Shown piece after piece: positions 8,217 to 16,300 of a stretch of 32,000 nucleotides of DNA. The stretch is taken from sequence record MN908693.1; one strand, written 5' to 3'. The position numbers were made by a program, and so were the translations under genes. Every line of letters starts with the position of its first letter. Positions within the stretch are counted from its first letter, which is position 1. The stretch is from Gordonia phage AnClar. The notes under the pieces are model-generated. The model was not told where the DNA came from. It ran no database searches and worked only from the letters and a program-made list of their open reading frames with translations.

Positions 8217-8938
8217 CCACGTTGCTGCTGTGGTGCGACGGCACCTGGTCGCGCGGCGGCGCTCGCTCGGCGGTCAGCGAGGCGGTCAAGGCCGAGGTCA
8301 CCCGCTGGGGCTGGCAGTTCGCCTACGTCGACTACCCTGCCAAGTTCGGCCCGGCCACCGGCTGGAACGACATGTCGATGGAGGCCAGCGTCGCGCTCGG
8401 CATGGTCGCCATGGAGGACGCGGTGCGCGCCACGCCGGTGCGCCGCGTCGTCGTCGGCGGCTACAGCCAGGGCGCGATCGTGGCCCTGAGGTTCGTCCGG
8501 GACGTGCTGCCGCGCGAGCTGGACCTTGAGGTCATGGGGCTGGCGACGATCGGCGACCCGCACACCGAGACTCACAGCGGGCGCGCAGGCATCGCCGGGC
8601 CGCTGCGGATCACGAACGTGCCTCGGTTCACCTACTGGGCACCCGGCGACCCCATTGGCGATCTGCCGCTCGGTTCGCCGATGCGGGGCCTGGCAGACCT
8701 CGGCGTGTGGATGACGCTGCGCAGCCCCGAGGAGAGCCGCCGGTGGGCTACTGAGATCGGCAAGGCTGCGGCTGCGCGCCGCCTGCAGTCGTGGTGGGCA
8801 CCGTGGCGGTGGGAAGACCTGGCCTCGGTCGGCTGGTACGTCGGTAATTACCTCGGCACCGCGCACACGACGGACTACGTTCGACTCGGAATCGTGCGCA
8901 GGATGGCCGATGACCTGGTCGGCCACTACGGGGTATAG
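8213..8938 (+). CDS. lysB: LysB mycolylarabinogalactan esterase (cutinase-like)
   Basis: GGYSQG nucleophile elbow, position after lysA, ATGA overlap. Confidence 0.88.
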   Translation: MTTLLLWCDGTWSRGGARSAVSEAVKAEVTRWGWQFAYVDYPAKFGPATGWNDMSMEASVALGMVAMEDAVRATPVRRVVVGGYSQGAIVALRFVRDVLPRELDLEVMGLATIGDPHTETHSGRAGIAGPLRITNVPRFTYWAPGDPIGDLPLGSPMRGLADLGVWMTLRSPEESRRWATEIGKAAAARRLQSWWAPWRWEDLASVGWYVGNYLGTAHTTDYVRLGIVRRMADDLVGHYGV

Positions 8939-8982
8939 TCGCCCCTGGGTAGCCTCAACGTCGGGTTGTGGGTCCAACGCAA

Positions 8983-9013
8983 CGCCCCCGGTCTCCTCGC
9001 GGAGCCGGGGGCG
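8983..9013. terminator. bidirectional terminator between lysB and the leftward replication block
   Basis: CGCCCCCGG (8983-8991)/CCGGGGGCG (9005-9013) with inner CTCC-TCGC-GGAG, then CTGTTGTTC; located between convergent genes. Confidence 0.75.
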
Positions 9014-9061
9014 CTGTTGTTCGTGAGAGTGAACGGTGAGGTCGCGGCCTCGCCGGTGAGA

Positions 9062-9559
9062 CTACCCTGCCAGGACGGCCCGCGCTGCGGCGATGTCGTC
9101 CTCGTCCGGCTTGCCGAACAGGTAGGGCGCGTTCTTGCCCGGCTTCTTGTTGCCCATCTCGATGCGGCCCAGCAGCATCGGGTTCGGGCCGTCGAGCACC
9201 TTGAGCAGCGCGCGCTTGAGGGCGGTCTGGAACACCAGCACGTCCTCGAACGTCTGCCCGGCCAGGTCGCCGTCGACCGCCGTGATGTCGGCGCGGACGA
9301 CGTTCTCAGCGGTCCCGACCTCGGTCTGCATCGACTCGATCACCTCGGTCGGCTTGCACAGCACCAGGACGCCCACGAGGTCGGAGATGTTGACCTCGCT
9401 CGGGGCGGGCGGCAGCGAGAACGGGTCGCCCGCAGGCTTGCCCGGCTTGACGTCGCCGTCCTCGGTGGCGGTGGCGAACGTCGCGTCGTCGTCCTTGGTT
9501 GCGGCGGCTGCCTTGCCCTTGGTGGCGGTGCTGCCCTTGCTGAACGGGGAGTTGGCCAT
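9062..9559 (-). CDS. hypothetical protein adjacent to the nuclease
   Basis: MANSPFSKGSTATKGKAAAATKDDD... ORF with AGG-type RBS; conserved-looking context only. Confidence 0.65.
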   Translation of the reverse strand: MANSPFSKGSTATKGKAAAATKDDDATFATATEDGDVKPGKPAGDPFSLPPAPSEVNISDLVGVLVLCKPTEVIESMQTEVGTAENVVRADITAVDGDLAGQTFEDVLVFQTALKRALLKVLDGPNPMLLGRIEMGNKKPGKNAPYLFGKPDEDDIAAARAVLAG

Positions 9560-9629
9560 GGTGGCCTCACTTTCGGTTGTGCGTGCGCGTGGCGTGTGCT
9601 TGGCGCGTGGTCTGGCCCTCGGTCGAGAG

Positions 9630-10895
9630 TCAGAGAACCTGGGCGAGCTGCTCGCCCAGGGCGGTGAGGTCGTCGTCCCAGATGTCCTGGTAGGACTCCC
9701 ACACCTGCTCCAGCTCAGCCGAGCTGGAGAGCTTCATCATCGCCTGCCGGGCCTCGACGTAGCGCAGGGACTCGCGCGTGGCCGCAGGCAGTGCGTGGAC
9801 GTAGGGGACCTGACTCTTCGCCTGCTTGCGGCGGCGTCGGGTCTCCAACGCGGTGACCATCGTCTCGGCCCCGAACCACAGGTCCATCGTGACCGCGCTG
9901 CTGCGCTCGGGCTGGTCCGAGGGGACGTGGATGATGACGCCGTAGGGGCGCACCTCGTTCTCCATGTCCTCGTCGGTCAGGCCCTTCATCGGCGGCATCG
10001 GCCCCCAGGTCTTGCCGTCGACCGAGAGCATCCGGGTGGCGTAGCCATAGACCGCCAGCTGCACGGCGTAGCTCAGGTAGCTGTACTCAAGGGTCTTGCT
10101 GGTCTTGACGTCGCCCAGGATCAGCTCGCCGGTGGCCACGCACAGGTATATGCGGTCCAGCGTGCCGACGATGGTCTCCTCGCCCCGGTCGTTGAGCACG
10201 ATCCGCTCGCAGTAGTCCGGCACCGCGACGAGGCCGTGCCGGGCCAGCACGTCGAGGTAGGCCACGACGTAGGGCTGGAACATCTCGGGCACCTGAGGCA
10301 GCGTCACCAGCCCGAGGTCGATGGCCTCGACCCAGGCGTGGACGGCGGTGCCCAGCTCGGCGGCGTCGCGCCCGCCCATCGCGTTGTCGATGGCGTCGAG
10401 CGCGGCGTCGAGCTTGGACTTGTCGTCGTCGGCCACAGCCTGGCGCAGGGCCACCAGGAGGTCGTTGTCGGCGATGTCGACGCCAGCGATCTCGGCGACG
10501 TCGACCTCGTCGGCCAGCGCGATGATCCGCTTGGCCGTCTCGCGCCGCTTCCACCGATTCAGGTTGTAGGTGTCGTCGAGGGTGTCGGCGACCGTCGTGG
10601 CGCGCGTGAAGCCGGTCGGGCGGCCAGTGGTCGGGGACGGCAGTTTGTACCGGCCCCAGCCGTCGTAGGCGGCCTCGGCGCGCGGTGTCGGCGGCGGCAG
10701 CTCGTAGCCCATGGTGGGCGTCCGGCGCGGCTCAACAGCCACGTCACCCTCATCGGTCAGCACGGTCATCGGTGGGTCCTCCTCAGGTTGCAGGGCATCG
10801 GGGTGGGCGTAGGCGGGGTTCCAGGTGTAGCCGTGGCCGACGGCGGCGGGGTACATGAGCCGCCCGCCCTGCTGCACCGAGGCGCGCCCGATCAC
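9630..10895 (-). CDS. RecB/Cas4-like PD-(D/E)XK exonuclease
   Basis: ELGTAVHAWVEAI...VGTLDRIYL...ELILGDVKTSKTL...SYAVQLAVYGYA matches H...GTxD...DxKT...QLxxYxxA. Confidence 0.85.
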   Translation of the reverse strand: MIGRASVQQGGRLMYPAAVGHGYTWNPAYAHPDALQPEEDPPMTVLTDEGDVAVEPRRTPTMGYELPPPTPRAEAAYDGWGRYKLPSPTTGRPTGFTRATTVADTLDDTYNLNRWKRRETAKRIIALADEVDVAEIAGVDIADNDLLVALRQAVADDDKSKLDAALDAIDNAMGGRDAAELGTAVHAWVEAIDLGLVTLPQVPEMFQPYVVAYLDVLARHGLVAVPDYCERIVLNDRGEETIVGTLDRIYLCVATGELILGDVKTSKTLEYSYLSYAVQLAVYGYATRMLSVDGKTWGPMPPMKGLTDEDMENEVRPYGVIIHVPSDQPERSSAVTMDLWFGAETMVTALETRRRRKQAKSQVPYVHALPAATRESLRYVEARQAMMKLSSSAELEQVWESYQDIWDDDLTALGEQLAQVL

Positions 10896-12553
10896 AGGGC
10901 ACGGTCCAGGACGCGGGCGGCGTAGCCGACGCTGATCTCGTCGGACAGCCGCGCCTTGGTCATCTGCTCAGCGCCGACGACGTGCAGGCGGCGGGCCACG
11001 CGCAGCTGCGCCTCGCTCGGGGGCTGATTGCGCCGCCAGCTGGCGTTGCGGCTCGGCAGCGGCTGCTCAAGGTTCTCGACCACGAACTCCTCGGCGGCTT
11101 CCAGGGCCTGGTCCAGCGGCATCACCAGCGGCTCCTCGGGCGCGGTGATGTCGGCCCAGTCGCCCTGTCCGGTGCGGGTGTTCATCCAGCCCACGGCCCA
11201 GTTCTCGCGCTCGTCGTCGGGCCAGATGAACGCGACCAGGTTGTCGCGCAGCGGGATGAACGGGATGCCCTTGGGGGTCTCCAGCCACAGCGTGTCGTCG
11301 CCGGTCAGCAGGTCGATGGTGGTCAGCTCGACCGGACCCTGCCGCGTGACCTTGGGCGCGGGGTCGGCAGGGCCGTCGCCGAACTCTTCCGGCTCGTCCT
11401 CGACGTCGTCGCCGTTCTCGTCGACCACTCGAATGTCGGAGCCGGTGTCGAGGTAGCTCAGGTTGACCAGCCGCATCTGGCGTGAGCTGCCCGCGAGGTC
11501 GAGGACCAGCGCGTCGTCTTTGCCCTCCCACAGACGCAGGGCGCGCCCGACCATCTGGCTGTAGAGGTTGCGCGACTTGGTGGGCCGGGCGAGCACGACG
11601 CAGTCGCACATGGGGAAGTCCGCGCCCTCGGTCAGCACCATGACCGTGACCAGCGCGCGGGTGATGCCGGTGCGGTAGCGCTCGTAGATCGGCTGCCGCT
11701 CGTCCATGCTCAGCTCGCCGGTGATGCCCTCGGTCGGGATGCCTGCGGCGTCGAGGGCGTTGGTCAGCAGCCATACGGCCTCGACGCTGGCGGCGAACAC
11801 GATCATCTGACGGTCGGCGGCGTGCATCTCGATGGCGTCGACCACGTACTGGGTCGCGGCCTCCATGACCTCGGCCAGCTGGTTCTGCTGGAAGTCGCCC
11901 GCGACGACGCGGACGTCGTTGAGCGCGTTGAGCTGCTGGATGCGCACGGTCAGCCCGCGAGGCTTGACCAGGAACCCCGAGTCGATGGCCCAGCGCAGGT
12001 CCTTCTCGTAGCTGATCTTCTCGATGACCTCGCCGAGGCCGTGGCCCTGGCCCGGCTCGCGGTACATCGTGGCGGTGAACCCGCACATGAGCGCGGAGTC
12101 GTAGCCGCCCAGCTCAGAGAAGGTGGTGTGGTATCCGGCGGCCCCGGCGTGGTGGACCTCGTCCCACAGGATGACGTCGCGCTGGCCCAGGGCGTTGCGC
12201 CGGTGCGCGTGAGCCAGGGTCTGCAGCGTGGCCGCGACGATCGCGGCGTGGTGGTCGTCGTGCTCGGCGCGCACGGTGCCGAGGTCGTCGAGCGGGATGG
12301 TCGGGTCGACGGCGTGGACAGCGTCGAGCATCTGCTGCAGCAGCTCGCCTCGGTGGGCCAGCATCACGACGCGGCGGCCCCGGCGGTAGGCGTGGACGGC
12401 GAGCGCGGCGATGACCGTCGACTTGCCCGCGCCGGTGGGCAGCACGACGCCGACGCGGCGGGTGTTGGCTGCCCAGTCGCTGAGCACCGCGTCAACGGCC
12501 TCGGTCTGGTACGGGCGCAGCTCGCGCGGGGTGGCGAGGACGGGTAGACCCAT
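10892..12553 (-). CDS. superfamily 2 DEAD/DEVH-box DNA helicase
   Basis: ELRPYQTEAV, VLPTGAGKST (Walker A), DEVH, VTVMVLTEGADFP, ARPTKSRNLYSQMVGRALR. Confidence 0.92.
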   Translation of the reverse strand: MGLPVLATPRELRPYQTEAVDAVLSDWAANTRRVGVVLPTGAGKSTVIAALAVHAYRRGRRVVMLAHRGELLQQMLDAVHAVDPTIPLDDLGTVRAEHDDHHAAIVAATLQTLAHAHRRNALGQRDVILWDEVHHAGAAGYHTTFSELGGYDSALMCGFTATMYREPGQGHGLGEVIEKISYEKDLRWAIDSGFLVKPRGLTVRIQQLNALNDVRVVAGDFQQNQLAEVMEAATQYVVDAIEMHAADRQMIVFAASVEAVWLLTNALDAAGIPTEGITGELSMDERQPIYERYRTGITRALVTVMVLTEGADFPMCDCVVLARPTKSRNLYSQMVGRALRLWEGKDDALVLDLAGSSRQMRLVNLSYLDTGSDIRVVDENGDDVEDEPEEFGDGPADPAPKVTRQGPVELTTIDLLTGDDTLWLETPKGIPFIPLRDNLVAFIWPDDERENWAVGWMNTRTGQGDWADITAPEEPLVMPLDQALEAAEEFVVENLEQPLPSRNASWRRNQPPSEAQLRVARRLHVVGAEQMTKARLSDEISVGYAARVLDRAL

Positions 12554-12600
12554 CGAAGTGTCCTGTCTCGGGTTGTGTATTGCGTGGCGTGTGCGTGGTG

Positions 12601-12654
12601 GCTGGTCCAGGGGCGGGGCGTTCCGGGGGAGGACTTCCGCGCCCCTGGGCCAGC
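12601..12654 (-). promoter_or_regulatory. large leader hairpin between gene 12700-13176 and the helicase
   Basis: GCTGGTCCAGGGGCG (12601-12615) against CGCCCCTGGGCCAGC (12640-12654): 14/15 Watson-Crick pairs. Confidence 0.6.
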
Positions 12655-12661
12655 GAGATCG

Positions 12662-12691
12662 AACTTACCCGAACGACTCGGGATATTGCAA
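12662..12691 (-). promoter_or_regulatory. candidate promoter upstream of the helicase
   Basis: Minus strand TTGCAA-N18-TAAGTT with CCCGA-GTCGT-TCGGG inverted repeat in the spacer. Confidence 0.4.
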
Positions 12692-12699
12692 GGGGCGGG

Positions 12700-13176
12700 T
12701 TACTTGACCGTCACGGCGGCCCGGAACACCTGCCCGATGGACTTGGCCCCGAACCCCAGTCGGCCCAGCTGAGCGTCGGTGATGACCTCGTCGAGCACCT
12801 TCTCCAGGGTGGCCCGGATGGCTTCCAGGTCGCCCCGGCGGGTGTCGCCGAGCACGCGGTGGTTGTCCTCGATGATGCGGACCTTGCGCCGGACGGCGTC
12901 GGACTCCTCAGCCGTGGCCCACTGAGCCGGGGCGAACTCGCGCTCCCAGTCACCGCGAGACCACGAGCCGCGCAGGTCGTTGTAGCGGATCGGCTTCCCG
13001 GTCTTGAGCAAGGCGGTGATCCGGTCGCGGAATGCGCGCCAGTTGCTGTCGTCCCAGCTGGCGGCGTGCTCGTCGTAGAGGTTCTTGATCTTGCGCTGCC
13101 GCTCAGCGCGGGCCACGTCGTCGGCTTCCAAGATCGTGGTGATGGTGGCGATCAGGTCGGTGCGGGCGAACTGCAT
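12700..13176 (-). CDS. hypothetical protein
   Basis: MQFARTDLIATITTILEADDVARAERQRKIKNLYDE...; RBS AGGACACC before ATG. Confidence 0.65.
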   Translation of the reverse strand: MQFARTDLIATITTILEADDVARAERQRKIKNLYDEHAASWDDSNWRAFRDRITALLKTGKPIRYNDLRGSWSRGDWEREFAPAQWATAEESDAVRRKVRIIEDNHRVLGDTRRGDLEAIRATLEKVLDEVITDAQLGRLGFGAKSIGQVFRAAVTVK

Positions 13177-13204
13177 GGGGTGTCCTATCTCGGGTTGTGG
13201 GTGT

Positions 13205-13579
13205 TCACTTCTCGCGGCGGGCTGCCGCGATGATCTGGGGATTGAGGCCCTCGGGCCAGTGGCCCGGCGGCCAGCCGTAGCCGGGGAACCGGCGGCGTAG
13301 GTGGGTCGGGTCGCAGCCGACGGTCATCGCGGTCTCGCGGTAGCTGGCCCCGTCGTCGAGCAGGGCCTTGGCCCGCGCCAGCTTCTCCTCGGACCACCGC
13401 GCCGGTCGGTGCCCGTTGGTGCCCGTCCGACGCCGGTCCCGGCCCACCGTGCGCACGGTGACCCGCAGGCGGGCGGCGATCTCTCGCGCGCTCAGCCCGG
13501 CCCTGGTCAGCTCGGCCACGCGCTGAGCGCGCTCGACGTCGTAGGCCCCGTACTTGGAGACCGGCTCAGTCGTCGTCAT
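13205..13579 (-). CDS. HTH DNA-binding protein (resolvase/Fis-type HTH)
   Basis: RVAELTRAGLSAREIAARLRVTVRTVGRDRRR and a second HTH-like KALLDDGASYRETAMTVGCDPTHLRRRF. Confidence 0.7.
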   Translation of the reverse strand: MTTTEPVSKYGAYDVERAQRVAELTRAGLSAREIAARLRVTVRTVGRDRRRTGTNGHRPARWSEEKLARAKALLDDGASYRETAMTVGCDPTHLRRRFPGYGWPPGHWPEGLNPQIIAAARREK

Positions 13580-16241
13580 CGCCGATGGCCTCGTCCGCTG
13601 CCCGCTGGCGTGCGTCGGCGATGGTGCCGATGCTCGGGATATACCGGCTGCCCGAGGCGGTGCCGGTGAGCGTCTCGATGAGGTCGTAGCGCAGGGCGCG
13701 GTCGACGGCCTCGGCCACCTTGCGCTTCCAGTGCCGGGCAGCGTCGGCCCGGCGCAGCGTGGCGGCGTCCGGCTCGACGTGGGCGGCCAGCTCGCCGCGA
13801 GTCAGGCCCTGCTGCGTGAAGCGCTCCAGCACGCGGCGGATCCGGACGGCGGTCTCGATGACCGGCTCGGGCACCGGGCTGGCGAGCACGACGTCGTTGG
13901 CCATCGGGTCGATGGTGCCGCCGGGGCCGGTCAGGATGACCGATCCGTTGCGCTCCCACGTCCGCATGAGCAGCGGCAGCGCCTCGTCGAGCTGCTCGGT
14001 GTTCTTCTGTTTGGTCGTGGTCAGCTCGATGCGCTTACCCTGCGGGGCGTCGGCGGCGTCCACGCCGAGCTGGTCATAGTCCCAGGTCGCCGCGCGCACC
14101 AGCAGCTCAGAGTCGAGCGCGCCGTTGAGCGCGGAGCTGCCGCGCCCGGACTCGGGGCTGCCCTTGGCCGTGTGGTGGACCAGGACCGCGCCGCAGTTGC
14201 ACCCCTTGCGGACCTCGTCGATGCGGCGGACAGCTCGCCCGACGTCCTGAGCGCTGTTCTCGTCGGTGCCCGAGGACATACGCGCGAACGTGTCGCCGAT
14301 GATCAGACCGATGCCCAACGTGGACAGCAGCGCCATCAGGCCGACCCAGGCGTCGCGGTGCGCCGAGACGTGGATGACGTCGTCGGCGATGAGCAGCTGG
14401 TCGCCGACCTCGACACCGTTGGCCTGCTCCCACGCGACGATGCGCTGGACGACGCCGCTCAGGCCCTCGCCGGGCATGTAGAGCACCTTGGTCTGCAACG
14501 TCTGGCGGCCCTGCCACCGGCGGCCCGTAGCGATCGCGCAGGCCATGTCCAGCGCCACGGTCGACTTGCCCATGCCGGGCGGGCCAATGATCGAGGTCAG
14601 GCCCCGGTGCTCGATGAGGCCCTCGACGACGTACTCGGGCGGCGGGGTGGTGCGCCAGTAGTCGAACACCGCGATGTTCGGCAGGCCGTCGATGGTCGAG
14701 AGGTAGACCCCGTCCTCGGTCGCGCCCGGCTCGTCGGGGAACGGGGCGGCGTCGAGGTCGGCCCCGCTGATGGTGACGATGTCGCCCTCGTCGTGGACGG
14801 TGACCTCAGGCTCGGCAGGTCGAGGGTCGTGGCTGCGCACCTCGTCGAGGTCGTCGGGCACCGGCTCGCCGCCGTTGGGCATCATGTCGCACTCGCCGTG
14901 CTCGCGGTAGGTCTCGCAGGTGCAGTAGGTGCGCGGCTCATCCGGCTCGATCCAGTACGGGTCGCCGCGTCGCGGCTCGGTGTCCCAGTTCGGATCCTTG
15001 GCCCGGACCTCGGCGGCGAGGGCCTCGGGGCTGCTGGGCAGCCGGTCGTCGAGGTTGGCCTTGCTCGGGCCGTCGGCGTCCATGTTCGACGCGGCGACCC
15101 CGTCCTCGGCGTCGATGGTGACCGGCTCAGGCATGAGGCCGAGGGAGTCCATGGCGGTGCTCATCGAGCCGCCGAACTCAGTGACCGCGACGGCCTGCAG
15201 CTTGGAGATGGTCGAGGTCTTGTGCTCGTCGACCCACGCGCCGAACGGCTCGATGTCGTGGTCGGTCCAGATGTGCAGGGGCGCGTTGCTGACGGTGTAG
15301 CGGCCCAGCGTGCAGCCCGGATCGTGGGCGGTGGCCGAGCGCGGGTTGGCGTGCTCGCCGGGCGCGGTCCAGGCGTCACAGCCGCAGTTGTCCGGGCGAG
15401 CGGTGCGGTTCCAGCCGTGGGGTTCCAGGATCGACGCCCAGCTCACCGAGTCGGCCCAGGCGTCGATGACCTCGGTCAGCTCGCCGTCGGCGGCGGTGTC
15501 TCGGTCGTAGCGCGCTGCCCTCGCCTCGGCGGCCTCGGTGATCTTCTCGACGATCCAGTCGGGCACTTCGTAGTCGCGGCCCAGGACCTCGTACCGGCCC
15601 TCGGCTCGGCTGCTCGGCGGGATGAGCACATACCGCCGGTTCCACAGCACCGCGAACGCCTCGGGGCCTGCGCCCCAGGTGTACGCGCCGATCGAGGTCG
15701 GCAGCTCGACGCCCTCGGGGATCGTGAAGTAGTAGTGCCCGCCGTCGGCGTGGATCATGTCGCCCTCGGCGTTGGCCATGCCCGGCGTGAGCACGGTCGG
15801 CGGCAGGTCCGCCGGTGCGCCCGAGACTTCCAGGAAATGCTCGCGCTGAGCGGCGGTGTCGCAGTCGACGACGACCAGCCGCGAGGCCCCCAGCTCGATG
15901 CCGAGGTTGACCGCGACGTCCTCGCCGTGCAGCTCGATGTAGCGGTCGAGGTACTTGAGCACGGTGGCGGCCTTGTCGCTGGCCAGCGCCAGACCAGACG
16001 GCGACTTGACCCGCTCCCAGTCGACGCGCCCGGCCTGGCGCGCCAGCTCCTGAGCCTCCTTGTCGTCCCTGGATCGTTTCTGCCGCGTGCGCATGTCGGC
16101 GGGCCGTTTGCCACCGGGGTGGATCAAGATCAGGTGCAGGCCCTGCGAGCAGGCGGCGCGGATGAACGACCGCACGGCCTCGTGATCGGTGTTGTCGATG
16201 CCGCTGCCGAGCACGGCAGTCAGCGGGGTCGAACCCAGCAT
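13566..16241 (-). CDS. primase/helicase: N-terminal PrimPol-like domain and C-terminal RepA/RecA-like ATPase
   Basis: N-term LILIHPGGKRPA...NLGIELGASRLVVVDCDT; C-term GLTSIIGPPGMGKSTVALDMACAIATGRRW...VLYMPGEG; D-rich hydrophobic strand IGLIIGDTFARM. Confidence 0.82.
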   Translation of the reverse strand: MLGSTPLTAVLGSGIDNTDHEAVRSFIRAACSQGLHLILIHPGGKRPADMRTRQKRSRDDKEAQELARQAGRVDWERVKSPSGLALASDKAATVLKYLDRYIELHGEDVAVNLGIELGASRLVVVDCDTAAQREHFLEVSGAPADLPPTVLTPGMANAEGDMIHADGGHYYFTIPEGVELPTSIGAYTWGAGPEAFAVLWNRRYVLIPPSSRAEGRYEVLGRDYEVPDWIVEKITEAAEARAARYDRDTAADGELTEVIDAWADSVSWASILEPHGWNRTARPDNCGCDAWTAPGEHANPRSATAHDPGCTLGRYTVSNAPLHIWTDHDIEPFGAWVDEHKTSTISKLQAVAVTEFGGSMSTAMDSLGLMPEPVTIDAEDGVAASNMDADGPSKANLDDRLPSSPEALAAEVRAKDPNWDTEPRRGDPYWIEPDEPRTYCTCETYREHGECDMMPNGGEPVPDDLDEVRSHDPRPAEPEVTVHDEGDIVTISGADLDAAPFPDEPGATEDGVYLSTIDGLPNIAVFDYWRTTPPPEYVVEGLIEHRGLTSIIGPPGMGKSTVALDMACAIATGRRWQGRQTLQTKVLYMPGEGLSGVVQRIVAWEQANGVEVGDQLLIADDVIHVSAHRDAWVGLMALLSTLGIGLIIGDTFARMSSGTDENSAQDVGRAVRRIDEVRKGCNCGAVLVHHTAKGSPESGRGSSALNGALDSELLVRAATWDYDQLGVDAADAPQGKRIELTTTKQKNTEQLDEALPLLMRTWERNGSVILTGPGGTIDPMANDVVLASPVPEPVIETAVRIRRVLERFTQQGLTRGELAAHVEPDAATLRRADAARHWKRKVAEAVDRALRYDLIETLTGTASGSRYIPSIGTIADARQRAADEAIGDDDD

Positions 16242-16300
16242 CGGGGTCCTCTCAGGTGTCGGGGTTGTGGGGTTTGTGCGTGAGGGCCAGCCTAGCTCGG

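Noticed and set aside
13554-16283. 909-aa plus-strand ORF antisense to the primase/helicase gene
   Set aside because: Composition-driven antisense ORF: high GC keeps frames open, the sequence has no recognisable domain, and the minus strand has clear PrimPol/Walker motifs.
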